NCBI GenBank assembly: GCA_038087875.1
Contig: CM075988.1
Span: 18,788,001-18,852,000, forward strand
Origin: Malacoraja senta
Taxonomy: Eukaryota
Reading direction: 5' to 3'
DNA: 64,000 bases
A program made the translations under genes and the position numbers. This document shows positions 11,146 through 25,200 of the stretch, piece by piece. A model generated the notes under the pieces. It made no database searches. It was not told the DNA's origin and saw only the letters and a program-made list of their open reading frames with translations. Numbering within the stretch: the stretch's first letter is position 1; every line of letters starts with the position of its first letter.

Positions 11146-11420
11146 AAATTATACAATTAATGACAAGCCTCTTTAACAGCATTGATGTACAGTGGGATCT
11201 TGGGTTCCAAGTCTGTAACTAAGTGGCAACTCAAGTACTGTAGATAGAGTGGTAAAGAAGGCTTATGGTGTGCTTGCCTTCATTGCTCGGGGTATCGTAT
11301 AAGAGTCAGGAAGGCATGATACAACTTTATGGGACTTTGGTTCGGCCATGTTTGTGCAGGTCTGGTCGCCTATTACAGGAAGGATTTGAAAGGGCGTAAA
11401 AGAGGTTTACCAGAATGCTA

Positions 11421-11513
11421 GGTAGACGAAAGTGCTGGAGAAACTCAGCGGGTGCGGCAGCATATATGGAGCGAAGGAAATAGGCAACGTTTCGGGCCGA
11501 AACCCTTCTTCAG
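11421..11513 (-). mobile_element. Short Penelope-derived hammerhead-bearing insertion with 12-bp TSD
   Basis: ACCAGAATGCTA at 11409-11420 and 11514-11525. The minus strand reads CTGAAGA AGGGTTTCGGCCC GAAACGTT GCC. Confidence 0.75.
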
Positions 11514-13793
11514 ACCAGAATGCTACTTAGAGTAGATGGTATCAGCAGACTCTGGCTAAATAAAATTCATCCTCATCTCCTTTCTAAAGGTAGATCCTTT
11601 GGAATCTTCTAAAGGGCTGTCCAAATATATTTTTAAATTTTATTTTATCTGCTGGCACAACTCTGTGCCAACGACACATGTTAACCTTCATTGTGAAGGG
11701 TGTAGAATACAAAGGTTTGGACGCCAAGGTGTGGTGGTACTAGTCAATGGTGAGACCACACTCCGGCAACCTGAAACACAGTTCTCGGGCACCTTTACCT
11801 TGCTCTTCCCCTCAAATGGAAACATTAATAAAACCTTCCCTAGTTTTAATCACTAGATTTAATGAGCAGCTTCATTCAGTGTCAGAGCGGCTGATTCAAG
11901 CCCCCTCAGAGATAGAGAGGCACCACTGTTTCTGATTAAGCAATACTTCCAAAACAATTAAGTCTTGAAAGAATCAGACGTATGCATGAGAGATTACAGT
12001 TGCTGGAATCTTGAGCTCAGTGGCGCAGCGGTAGAGTTCCTGCCTTCCTGCGCCAGAGACCCGGGTTTGATACTGACTATGGGTGCTCATGGGAGGGTCT
12101 AGGACTAGAGGTCATAGCCTCAGAATTAAAGGACGTTCTTTTAGGAAGATGAGGAGGAATTTCTATAGTCAGAGGGTGGAGAATCTGTGGAATTATTTGC
12201 CACAGAAGAGGCAAAGTCAGTGGATATATTTAAGGCAGAGATAGATAGATTCTTGATTAGTACGGGTGTCAGAGGTTATGGGGAGAAGGCAGGAGAATGG
12301 GGTTAGGAGGGAGAGATAGATCAGCCATGATTGAAAGGCAGAGTAGACTTGAAGGGCCAAATGGCCTAATTCTACTCCTATTCCTTATGACCTTATGATC
12401 TTATGACTGTGTAGGTTTTCTCCGGGATCTCCAGTTTCCTCCCACACTCCAAAGACGTACATGTTTGTAGGTTAATTGGCTTGCTGAAATTTAAAAATTC
12501 CCTAGTATGTGTAAGATAGTGTAAGTGTGATGACATCACTGGTTGGCGTGGACTCAGTGGTTTCCGCGCTGTATCTCTAAACTAACCTAAACTATTACTG
12601 ATCTGTCACTTTTGATTCTGATAGCTTGCAACCAATGAATTTACCACCCTGAGGAGTTAAATTCTAATCTTCCAATGGGATATGGAAGTTAGGATCCTCT
12701 TTATCGGAAGATACTTGACAAATGTTATGGGGTGTCTTTAATAATGAGAATTGAAAGATTTCTGCACATCTTTCGGGACGGGACCCTTCTTCAGATTGAT
12801 GGTGGCGATGTGTGGGGGAGAAGCTGGAAGAGAGGATGGGGCAGGACAAAGCCTGGCAGATAACAGGTTGTGATACACTAAATGCTGGAGTAACTCAGTG
12901 GGTCAGGCAGCATATCTGGAGAAAAGGAATAGGTGACATTTAACATGTGATGAGCGTTTGATGACACTGGGCCTCTACTCGCTGGAGTATAGATGGTTTA
13001 GGGGGGGACCTCATTGAAACTTACAGAATAATGAAAGGCATAGATAGAGTGGATGTGGAAAGGATGTTTCCACTGGTGGGAGAGTCTAGGACCAGAGGTC
13101 ACAGCCTCAGAATTAAAGGGCGATCTTTTAGCAAGGAGGTGAGGAGAAAGTTATTTTAGTCCAGAGTGTAGTTAATCTGTGGAACTCATTGCCACAGAGG
13201 GAGGCAAGTGGAGGCAAAGTCAGTGGATACTTTTAAGGCAGAGATGGACAAGTTCTTGATTAGAACGGATGTCAAGGGTTATGGGACAAAGGCATGAAAA
13301 TGGGATTAAAAGATAGAGATCAGCCATGATTGAATGGCAGTGTAGACTTGATGGGCCGAATGGCCTAATTCTACTTCTATAGCTTGTGAACTTGTGACCC
13401 TTCATCAGACTGCAAGGGTCTGATGAAGGACCTCGACCCAAAATGTCACCTATTCCTGTCCTCCAGAGATGCTGCCTGACCCGCTGAGTTATGCCAGCAT
13501 TTTGTGTCTATCTTGTGTCAGATGTAAACCGGCATCTGCAGTTCCTTCTTGCACAGGTAATAGGCGGATACAGGTGAGGGGCAGTTCCGCACATCCCCCA
13601 AACGCAGACAAGTGGAGTTTCATTTCTGCACGTTAATGAGATGCACACTGCATTAGTACAAGATCCCTATTGTGTTGTTGACAACAGCCATGTTCACTGA
13701 GGCACAGCTAATCCCATTGTGGAGTGCCGTTAGTGTGACATCTCTATAAACACACACATGGGACCAGCCATTTGATCTTGCATGCAAAATGAA

Positions 13794-13993
13794 NNNNNNN
13801 NNNNNNNNNNNNNNNNNNNNNNNNNNNNNNNNNNNNNNNNNNNNNNNNNNNNNNNNNNNNNNNNNNNNNNNNNNNNNNNNNNNNNNNNNNNNNNNNNNNN
13901 NNNNNNNNNNNNNNNNNNNNNNNNNNNNNNNNNNNNNNNNNNNNNNNNNNNNNNNNNNNNNNNNNNNNNNNNNNNNNNNNNNNNNNNNNNNNN
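13794..13993. other. Assembly gap (200 N)
   Basis: Run of exactly 200 N. Confidence 0.99.
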
Positions 13994-16199
13994 ACAAGCA
14001 GAGCATAAAATTACAGAAGCAACATTATTTGTTCCACAGGAAACAACCTCGTGTGAAGATTAAAGTCCGAGAGTTTGGTTGCATCCAAGTGGTATTACTG
14101 AGGAATGTGTAAAATCAGACAAGGAATCAACGTAGAAAAACCAATGTGAAGCTCACTGCTTGCAGAAAACGGCAGCATCAGAGGCCTGGGCTCGATCCTG
14201 ATCTTGGGTGCTGTCCGTGTTGGGTTTGCACGATCTCCCTGTGACCGTGTGGGTTTCTTCCACGTGCTCCAGTTTCCTCCCACAACCTGCACAAGGACGT
14301 GCGGGTTTACAGGTTGACACAAAATGCTGCAGTTAGCATCTCTGGAGAGAAGGAATGGGTGACATTTCGGATTGACGAAGTCTGAAGAAGGGTCTCGAAC
14401 CAAACATTATCCATTCCTTCTCTCCAGAGATGCCGCTGAGTTATTCCAGCATTTTGGTGTTGGGCATAAGTTAGACTTCGGTATAAACCAGCATCTGCAG
14501 TTCCTTCCTAGTCTGTAGGTTAATTGCCCCAGTGTAAATTGCCCTTGTGTGTAGAGAGTGGATGAGAAAGTGGGATCACAAAGAACTAGTATGAAATGGG
14601 TGATTCACGATAGTCGGCGTGGGTTCGGTGGGCTGAAGGACGCTTTTCCATACCGCATCTTTCAATCAATCGATCGGTCGATCAGTCGATCGGACGATCG
14701 GTCAATTGTAGCCCCGGGGTGGGGGGGAACTGAAGGTAGGGAAATGTCAGAACTAATGTGGGCTGGCAATAGATGACCAAGGAAGTGTGGAGCCATAATG
14801 GCCCAATGTTGGCTGAGGAAGGGGTGATAACAAATGTCTGAAGAAGGGTCTCGACCCGAAAAGTCACCCATTCCTTCTCTCCAGAGATGCTGCCTGTCCA
14901 GCCGAGTTACTTCAGCTTTTTTTGTGTCTATATTCGGTTTAAACCAGCATCTACAGTTCCTTCTGACACATTACACACTGATGCAGGGAAGCAAACAGTG
15001 GAACTAGTAGGACAACAATGGTTGGGGAGTGGGGTTGGGGGGGTGGGGGGAGAGAGGGATTGCAGGGGTTACTTGAAGTTAGAGTAATCAACGTTCATTC
15101 CGCTGGGCTGTGAGCTCGCCCAAGCGAGATACAAGGTCCTGTTGCTAGCAAGTTCGGCTGTTCCAGGAAAGTTAAGAAATATGAGGTCCTGTTCATAGAC
15201 CCAGCAAGTTTCCCTGTACCATCTCTGCAGTAATCGCAGTGCCATGACCAGAAATACACTCAGCACCCCAAGCAGCATCCTGGCCAGAGTTGTGCCATAA
15301 CTTCCCTATAATTATATTGCACACCCTGGCTGGCTAATGAGGGCAGATATGCCTTCCTCATCATCTGTGTGTCAACCTCAGAGACCTTTGGACTGCAAAC
15401 TAATGTTCACTATTCCTCAGTACTCCCCAGGGCCCGTCCATTCATCATGCATGTCATCACCTCATTAGCCCTCTCAACTCGCATCATCTGTGGAGGTGAC
15501 CAAAGGGGAATGACTCCTGATGCACTGAGCCGCCTTCCCCTCTCAGACCCTGCACTTGCCATTTACTGCTCCAGCATTCTTTTATTTGTGTTTTGCCATT
15601 CAAATATTATTTCCTTCAAAGACACAAGGGATGTCCATCCAAGGTGATTTGAAGTGCAGAGTATTCTAATGAGACATCGTAGAGTCATAGAGGTGCGCAA
15701 CACAGAAACAGGCCCTTCGGCCCACCTTGTCCATGCCGGCCAAGGTGGCATTCTGGGCTATTCCCACTAGCCTATATTTGGCCCAATATCCGTATGAACC
15801 CTTTCTATCCACATATCTCCCCAAACATCTTTTAAAACGTCTCGGACGTAAACGTGGGCGGGTTGGTTATAGAGTCGTAGAGTGATACAGAGTGGAAACT
15901 GGCTATTCGTCCCAATGTGCCGACATCATGTCCTAGCCACGCTAGTCCCACTTGCCTGCATTTGGTCCATACCCCTCCAAACCTGTCCTATCCATATACC
16001 TGGCTAACTGTTTCTTAAACTTTGGGATAGTCTCAACTACCTCCTCTGGCAGCTTGTTCCATACACACACCACCTTTTGTGTGGAAATGTTATCCCTCAG
16101 ATTCCTATTAAATCTTTTCCACTTAACCTTAAACCTATGCCTTCTGGTGCTTGATTCCCTTTCTCTGGGCAAGAGACTCTGTGCATCTAAGCTGGTTAG

Positions 16200-17030
16200 T
16201 AAGCTTGCAATGACACCAAGATTGCTGGGGTCGTGGACTGTGAGTGAGGCAAAGTGTACAGCGGGATCTAGATCAGCTACAGAAATGGGCAGAGAAATGG
16301 CAGATGGAGTTTAACTCAAGCAAGTGTGAGGTGTTGCATTTTGGGAGGTAAAATTTAAGGGGAAATTATACAATTAATGGCATGATCCTTGACAACATTG
16401 ATGTACAGAGGAATATTAGGCTCCAAGTCCATAACTCCCTGAAAGTGGCAACACGAGTTAGTAGGGTGGTAACGAAGGCGTATGGTATGCATAGGTCTGG
16501 GCTCAGAAAATAAGGGTCAGGAAGTCATGATGCAGCTTTATAGGACTTTGGTTGGGCCACATTTTGAATATTGTATGCAGTTCTGGCTGTCCCTTTACAG
16601 GAATGATGTGGTCCTTGGAAAGGGTGCTGAGGAGGTTTTCTATATTAGGAGTTTTCAGCTACTAGGAGAGGTTGGATAAACTTGGATTGTTTTCTCTGGA
16701 ATGCTGGAGGTTGAGGAGAGAGGTGATAAAAGTATATAAAATTATGGGAGGCATGGATAGGCTAAACAGTCAGGATCTTTTCCCCCAGCTTTAAGATTAG
16801 AGTGGCAATGTTTAAAGGAGATATGTTTTTTTTCACGGAGGTTGGTGAGTGCCTGGAACGCACTTTTGGGGGTGGTGGTTGAAGCAGATATGTTGGTGGC
16901 ACTTCAAAGATTTTTGGATAGACATATGGATATGCAGGGATTGGAGTGCGATGGTTTATGTGCATGTACATAAATGATGGTCCTGGCATGATGTTCGGCA
17001 CAGCCTGTTCTTGTGCTGTAGTACTGTTCA
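16200..17030 (+). mobile_element. CR1-clade LINE RT/3' fragment (degenerate)
   Basis: WQMEFN...KCEVLHFG and LYRTLVGPHFEYCMQFW motifs, followed by a CR1 3' tail. Confidence 0.8.
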
Positions 17031-17869
17031 ATGTTCCAAAAATGACAATTATATCGGCTGCTATAGCTTCCCCTGGGCTCATTCTAGATATGTATTACTC
17101 TCTGGGTGAAAAAAGATTCCCCTCAGGTTCCTCTTAAATCTCTCCTCGCTCACCATAAGCCTTTATGCTCTCTATTTTAGGCTTCACCTGCCCTGGGAAG
17201 AACACTGTGTTCAAGCCCCTCAATAAGGTCACCACTCAGCCTCCTGCTTTCCAAAGGAAGTCCTCCCAGACTATCCAACCTGTTTCCCATAACTCAAGCC
17301 TAGCAAATGTCCTGATGAATCTCTTCTGTACCCTTTCCAACTTAATCGTAGAACAGTTTGAACAGGACAGCACAGGAACAGGCTCTTTGGGCTCGCTATC
17401 CCCATGCTGAATAAGATGCCCAGACCAACATTATCCCCATGCATACAATCCATGACCCTTGATTCCCTGCATATCCATGTGCCTACCCAAAATTCTCTTC
17501 AATCCCACTATCATATCTGTCTCCACCTTCACCCCAGGCAGTCTTTCCAGGCACCCACCATCCTCCGTGTACAAAACTTGTCCCACGCCTCTCTTTTAAA
17601 CTCTGCCCCTCTCACCTTAACATTATGATGTCTATGTTTGATATTTCCATCCTGAATCGTTGGACTGAGAGACAAAACCTTTTGCCTCCATTTCGATGTG
17701 ATCTGATGGTGATGCTTATCAGTGCTGCACGGCAGCTATAGATGGAGATGTCAATGCAGAGAGGCTGATTAGTCCTTGAGACAGCGCAGCCCATCCTGTG
17801 TGACCCGAGGCATGATGCTCACAGAATCATCTCACTGCTGATGTTGAAATGTGAGTGTGATTGAAGCGT

Positions 17870-18197
17870 TGGCGGCACGGTGGCGCAGCGGTAGATTTGC
17901 TGCCGTACGGCGCCAGAGACCCGGGTTCGATCCTGACTACGGGTGCTTGTCTGTATGTAGTTTGTACGTTCTCCCCGTGACCGCGCGGGTTTCCCTCCAG
18001 GTGCTCCAGGTGTTCCGGTTTCCTCTTTTACGTTCCAAAGACATGCGGGTTTGTAGGTTAATTGGCTTTTGTAAATTGTAATTTATTCCTAGTGTGCAGG
18101 AGAGAACTAGTGTATAGGTGATTGCTGGTCGGCATGGACTCAATGGGCCGAAGGGCCTGTTGCCATGCTGTATATCTAAACTTAACTAAACTAAACT
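17870..18197 (+). mobile_element. HE1-like V-SINE, full length
   Basis: GGCGGCACGGTGGCGCAGCGG A-box, B-box, V-domain and (CTAAA)n tail. Confidence 0.85.
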
Positions 18198-18659
18198 AGA
18201 AATTCGATTGATTTCCCATTCTTGACGCATGACGTACATTATATAAACCTGGTATCACCATCATTGGTACCAGCCCTTGACACAACATGTGCCAGGGATT
18301 TAGACTGGGTTGACTCTACTCATGGGGTTCAATTTTAAATTTCACAACCTAAATCACCATGTCAGTAGGCTGCTGATGGGAATATAAATATTGTATTTGT
18401 TGTGCCACTGGAGTCAATTGAAATACAAAGTTAAACTGATCGTTGGTGACAGGGTTCCGCAAGTGTCTAAGCAGCCGTGTTCATTCCTCTTTGTTAAGAA
18501 TTGCACGTCTTAAGTCTGTTGCACTCTAACCAATGAAGTGGAAATCCACCAAATCTTCTTGCAGTCCATCAGGATCATGGATTGTTACTTCCCAATCCAG
18601 TTCCGTGGCACTTTGAACCCTGAGTGTGGATTCATCCTCAGGCCGGATATGGAATAATG

Positions 18660-19555
18660 AATGACAAGACGGAGCACAGGGAGGAGATTGAGAACTTTGT
18701 AACTTGATGCCAACGCAACAATCTCTCCCTCAATGTCAACAAGGCAAAGGAGATTGTGATTGACTTCAGGAAGTAAAGCAGCACACACACCGCAGTCTAC
18801 ATTAATGGTGCTGAAGCACAGATGGTCCGTAAGCTTCAAGTTCCTGGGAATAAATATCACCAGCAATTTACCCTGGACAAATTGAAGCAATTTGGCCAGC
18901 CACATTGAAGCTTTGGCCAAGAAAGCACACCAATCCCTCTACTTCCTTAGAAGGCTTAGGAAGTTCAGCATGTCCCCATCAACCCTCACCAACGACTACA
19001 GGTGTGCCATAGAAAGCATCATATCGGGATGCATCAGGGCCTGGTTTGGGAACAGCTCCATCCAAGACCGCAAGAAATTGCTGAGAGTTCTGGACGTAGC
19101 CCAGACCATCACCCAAACCAACCTCCCTTCCATTGACCACATCTACACTTCACACTGCATCACAAGGCCACTAACATAATCAAGGACCAGTCTCAACCTG
19201 GTCACTCTCTCTTCTCCCCTCTCCCGTCAGGCAAGAGGTATAGAGGTGTGAAAACACCCACATCCAGATTCAGGGATAGTTTCTTCCCAGTTGTTATCGG
19301 GCAACTGAACGGTCCTGTCATCAGATGGAGAGCCGTCCTGACCTCCCATCTACCTTATTAGAGACCTTTGAACTATTTCTAATCCAACTTCAATGTTATA
19401 CCTTTGCACCCTTCATCTTTATCTGTACACTGTGGACGGCTTGATTGTAAACATGTATAGTCTTTCCTTTGACTGGATAACATGCAAACAAAAGCTTTCC
19501 ACTGTACCTCAGCACAAGTGACAATAATAAACTAAACTAATAAACTAAACTAAAC
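18660..19555 (+). mobile_element. Rex1/Babar-like LINE 3' fragment
   Basis: LNVNKAKEIVIDFR, FKFLGI, KKAHQSLYFLRRLRKF, YRCAIESI and PLPSGKRYR motifs, then a 3'UTR ending GTGACAATAA and (CTAAA)n. Confidence 0.85.
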
Positions 19556-21712
19556 TGGTGTCCATACTCTGCCACAGGTGAGGCAGTTGGACCTGGAAGT
19601 TGCAGCTCTGTGGACTGATTGAATGCTCCTTCCTTTATTTACACATTTGCTTGTGTGTTCCCTCAGCAAATGCCCAGTGTTTTCTCCCATCTCCGGTACT
19701 TAGAGATGTCAGCAGCATATTGCCTCAGATGCAAACAAGGATCACTGCTGTGTAGGAAGGAACTGCAGATGCTCGTTTACACCGAAGAAAGACACAAAAT
19801 GCTGGAGTAACTCAGCGGGACAGGCAGCATCTCTGGAGATGTTTCGGGTCAAGACCCTTCTTCAGACGCGAGGTTCGATCGCCCGGCGCGGGGGAGCTGA
19901 CATCCCCCCGATGCGGGAGCTGAACGCCTCGACGCGGAGGGCCCGAACGGCGCTGGCTACGGGAGTCAAGATCGTCCCGGCAATCGGGGCTCGAGGCCCA
20001 CGACCGAGGAAGAACTAAGGGAAGGGACTTGAACTTTATTTCGCCTTCCATCACAGTGAAGAATGTGTAGGAGTCACTGTGGTGGATGTTCATGTTAGTA
20101 ATAGTAACTTTATTGTCAATTCAAATAATGCAACAAGTAGTTACACAGAGGATTGAAATTGCGTTTCCCCATACTCCAATGTGCAAGTCATATTTATAAC
20201 ACAGACAGACAGTATACCAATAAAAATAGACAATGGACATATACATTATATAAAATATTCATTAATAAAAGGTGCAATATAGAAAAGTGCAAATAGCATA
20301 CTGCAGACATTGGGTTAAAGTTAATTTGACAGTCAGTTGGTCCTTGTTTGTGTAATGTTCATGGAATTTTCTTGAGTGTGTTGAGTAGTCTGATGGCCTG
20401 AGGAAAAAAGCTGTTTTTGAATCTGGTGGTTTTGCTCCGCTTGCTGCGGTAGCGCTTGCCGGATGTTAAAAAAAATGTTTTGAGTGATCTGTTGCTTTTA
20501 ATTGTATGACTGACCTGGCCAATGAAATTCCTCGTATGTTGCAAAACATACTTGGCGAATAAAGTGTGATCCTGATTCTGATTCTGAGACTGAGAGTCAT
20601 GGGAAGAGGGAAACTAGAGGTATGAAAAGTTACAAACAGCAAAACGCACGATCTCTGCCCCGTAACAGACCATGAACTCTCAAGGTTAGAGATCTTGGTC
20701 CTCAAACATTCTTTTCCAAAGATGACTGAAGGTTGTGCTGGGAAATTGGAGGCGGTGATGCATTTCGGTGTTGATTGTTTACCTGTTAACTGTTTAATCA
20801 CTAGTAGTTTACATCAACCACCAAAGATTGGGGACATTAGCTTCTATCTGTTGGTCAACCTCTTGTGTCCACCAGTTGTCTGGACTCTGAGGTGGTCCAT
20901 GGATCTTAGCTGGGCCGTACACGTCCTCCTGAGTGGGATAGGTGCAACCTCCTCAATTTGGCAAGATCTCTGTGGAGATCTAACATCAATATTTGTAATT
21001 CTGTATTGAGATTGCAGGTGTGAAGTCTGCTACACTTCTAACCAATGTAATACAATACTGCAATCAAATGGGAAAATTAATCCAACAGTTTTCTAATTCT
21101 GCTGGTTATTACTTTTATGGATGTTTCTGAGAGTCTGATTTGGGACAATCCAGAATCAAATGAAGTGGATTAAGTTTGAATCAATTCGTTTACAGCTGCA
21201 TTAGGTTGTATACCTGTTATATATTGTGTAACAAGTTGCACTGTATTAGAGTGCAGAGGAGATTTACCAGAGAGGTTGCAAGGATAGAGATTTTAGCTAC
21301 AAGTTGGGGTGGAGAGGTTGGGATGGTTGCTCTTGAAAGTCCCTCTCAGGGATTGTCTGTAGTCCGTAGTGTAATCAAAACAAAGTCCATAGTCCAAAGT
21401 CCATTGCTGGGAAGAAGCTCTTCTTGAATGGTTTTCAAGCTCCAGTACCTTCTTCCCATCTCTCAGTAGGAGATGAGAGCGCGGCCAGGGTGGTATGGGT
21501 CTTCGATGGCAAAGGCTCCTTTTTGAGGCAGTGCCTCCTGTGGATCCCTTCGATGGTGGGGAGGTCAGTACCTGTGATGGGCCGAGCAGGTCATAAGACC
21601 ATAAGTCGCAGAAGTAGAATTTGGCCATTCAACCCTTGAACCTATCCGCCATTCAATCATGGCTGATCTATCTTTCCCTCTCAACTACATTCTCCTGCCT
21701 TCTGCCCATATC

Positions 21713-22230
21713 TGAGGAAGGATGTGCTGGCTCTGGAGAGGGTCCAGAGGAGCTTTACAAGAATGATTCCAGGAATGAGTGGGTTAGCATATGATGAGCG
21801 CTTGACAGCCTCTACTCGCTGGAGTTTAGAAGGTTGAGGGGGAACCTCTTTGAAACTTACAGAATAATGAAAGGCACAAATAGGGTAGATATGGAAAGGA
21901 TGTTTCCACTGGTGGCAGAGTTAAAGACCAGAAGTCATAGCCTCAGAATTAAAGGACGCTCTTTTAGAAAGGAGGTGAGGAGGAACTTCTTTAGTCAGAG
22001 GGTAGTTAATCTGTGGAACTCATTGCCACAGAGGGATGTGGAGGCCAAGTCAGTGGATATTTTTAAGGCAGAGATAGACAAATTCTTGATTAGAACGGGT
22101 GTCAAGGGTTATGGGGAGAAGGCAGGAAAATGGGATTAGGAAGCAGAGATCAGCCATGATTGAATGGCGGAGTAGACGCGATGGGCCGAATGGCCTAATT
22201 CTACACCTATAACTTGCGATCTTGTGAACC
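21713..22230 (+). mobile_element. CR1-clade LINE 3' fragment
   Basis: ORF 21834..22139 reads RGNLFETYRIMKG...RNFFSQRVVNLWNSLP. Confidence 0.88.
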
Positions 22231-25200
22231 TGTGAACCACTAGCAGACTGCAAGACTGAGTGATGCGCATCCCGACACTGGCACTGCTTGTGACTGGAGG
22301 GCTAAAGTGCTGCCCTGTGCATTTTCCACCCGGTAGTCATTGTGCAGCCACGTGCGCTGTGCGATCACGCAGCTGAAGATGACGGAGAGCCGCCAGCCCA
22401 CTCAGAGGCGGCTGAACATGACGGCGAAGGACGACTGATTTCCAAGTGAAAACTTGGGATAAAGTAACGATTTATGAAAAGGGAACCGCGCACTGGCACC
22501 TCAACAGTTGACACTTAACAGATAAGCGGCTCTATTTTTCCATTAACCTTGAAAACTTCAATGCTTCCCTTCAGGGCGAGACCGTGTCTGTGAGGAAATC
22601 ATTCCAGTGGTGCCTCTTAAATTATTCTCTCTCCCCTGGCCATAGAAATGGAAATATTGCCTCAATCAAGCAATCTCTTCACTCTGAGCAGGATGATATA
22701 AAATACCAATTGTGCAAAGATTGGTGTCCATTAACACCCAAGGGGCATTTTGCTGTGTGTGACCTTTGAGGAACAGTGACTGCACCTCTCCTGGCTGTGT
22801 TCGCTTCACCACGAGCTCCTTAGCACCCTTAAATCACCCAGAGTGAAGCACGTCCCCTTCAACTGGGATAAAGTGTTCAGGTGCCTGGAGGCAGAAGCTT
22901 AGCAGTCCTGCTGTTGCAGTTCCATCGACCTTTAATGTGAACAACCTTCCGAACTGGAAACCCACCATCATTCATCTGGTCTTTTCGATGAAAGCCTTAA
23001 TTATTTGAGCCACAATATCTCCCGATAAAATACGCTTGTTGCAAGTCCTGAGATCATTCTTTTTTTTCTCGTAGCTTTCCAGGCCATTTTAATCACCGCT
23101 GGATCAAATAAGGTGAGGGTTTTTTCCCGGTGGCTCAAATTTTCAGAGGTTCAAGGGTAACTCCGCAAAGTCTTCCTTCCAAGGCTGCAAATCGGTTCGG
23201 ATTTTTCTTGCGTTTGAAAACGTTCTTCAGGGTTGGCCTTGCTTATTAAAAAAAAGGCAGGTACACTACGCAAGCAAACTAAAGCACTGATCTTCATCCA
23301 TTGCATCTGGAGCTCTGTCACAAGTGGATAGACTGAAGAACCGTGCTGAAAATAACCGGACTTTTGGTGGAGAAATTCCGTAGGTTGCAAAATGTTCAGT
23401 GTAATTCACAACTCGGGAGAAAATAAAACAGTCCACTAGTACCTGGGGCAAGACAAATGGACAGAAGAACGAGGGGGAGGGGGGGGGGGGGTCTCATTGA
23501 AAGTTATCGAATCGTGAAGGGCCTGGGTAGAGTGAATGTGGAGAAGATTAGTTGGAGAGTCTAGGAACAGAAGACATTGCCTCAGAATAAAAGGACGTAT
23601 CTTTAGAAAATAGACGAGGAAGAAATTCTTTAGTCAGAGGCTGGTGAATCTGTGGAATTCATTGCCACGGAAGGCTGTGGAGGCCAAAACAATGGATATT
23701 TTTTTTGGCAGAGATTGACAGATTCTTGATTAGTAAAGGTGCCAGGGGTTATAGGGTAAAAGCAGGAGAATGGGGTTCATAGGGAAAGATAAATCAGCCA
23801 TGATTGAAAAGCAGAGTGGACTTGAAGGGCCGAAAGGCCTAATTCTGCTCTTAGAAATTATGAACTTATGTACAAAGGGAATGCGCAGGCATGGATTGAG
23901 AAGAGACAAGGAATGTTTGAATGACAAAAGTGGGAATCTGGTGAACTTCTCCAACAAGGGAGAAAGCAGAACACAAGAAAATAGGAGCAGAGGTGAGCAA
24001 CAAGGTCCTCTGACCTAAGATAGACACAAAAACCTGGAGTAAATTAATTAATTAATTACCTTTATTTCAGACTCAAGGTCCAGACAAGGGGCAACATTAC
24101 ATAAAAATGCATTGCATATTAGAAAATATCATAAAGTACATATAAAATCTTAGTATATCACATAAAAGCATCATAAATTATATATAAAAAATAAATTAAA
24201 AAAAACATCAGGTAGGCAGTATCTCTGGAGAGAAGGAATAGGTGACATTTCGGGTCGAGACCCTTCTTCAGACTGACAGGGGAAAGGGAAACTGGAGATA
24301 TGGACAATGATATAGAGGTGATATACAGGTGCACAGTAGAGAGCATGCTGACCGGTTGCATCGTGGCTTGGTTCGGCAACTTGAGCATCCAGGAGCGGAA
24401 AAGGCTGCAAAAAGTTGTAAACACTGTCCAGTTCATCATCGGCTCTGACCTCCCTACCATCGAGGAGATCTATCGCAGGTGCTGCCTCAAAAAGGATGGC
24501 AGCATCATCAAGGACCCCACACCATCCTGGTCACACACTCATCTCTCCACTGCCATCAGGTAGAAGGTACAGGAGCCTGAAATCTGCAACAACCAGGTTC
24601 AGGAACACCCACTTCCCCACAGCCATCAGACTATTAAACACAACTTAAACAAACTCTGAACTATAACAGCCTATTGCACTTTATCTGTTTACTTATGTGT
24701 GTGTGTGTGTGTATATATATTCTATGGTATATGGACACAATGATCTGATCTGTATTTATGCCTACAATATTCTGTCGTGCTGCAGCAAGCAAGAATTTCA
24801 TTGTCCTATCTGGGACACATGACAATAAACTCTCTTGACGACTTGATGTAGAGAGATATAGAATAGAATGAATAAAAGATATGCAAAAAAGTAACAACGA
24901 TAAAGGCCATTGTTAGCTGTGGCCTTGGTGAAAACGAGTATAGACAATGAGACCCAACAAGACGGCTTTGAAGCTGGTGTGACTTGAGTGGGGGAGGGAT
25001 GGAGAGAGGGGGGGATGCAAGGGTTGCTTGAAGTCAGAGAAATCGATATTCATACTGGGCCTCCTCCATTGTCAGAGTGAGGCAAAATGCAGATTGGAAG
25101 AACAGCATCTCATATTTCGCTTGGGCAGCTTACAACCCAGTGGTATAAGAAACCGAAGATCTCGGAGAAAACTCATGCGGTCACGGGGAGAACGTACATA

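Noticed and set aside
13653..14112. ORFs spanning the N run
   Set aside because: Artefacts of the assembly gap.
14660..14710. CGAT/GATC-rich run
   Set aside because: It is a degenerate (CAAT)n SINE tail microsatellite.
17870..17945. tRNA gene
   Set aside because: The A/B boxes run directly into the V-SINE core and tail. This is a SINE head present in many copies.
23075..23112. 38-nt plus-strand micro-exon candidate (FQAILITAGSNK)
   Set aside because: The splice signals are good, but it is too short to assign and has no recognisable homology.
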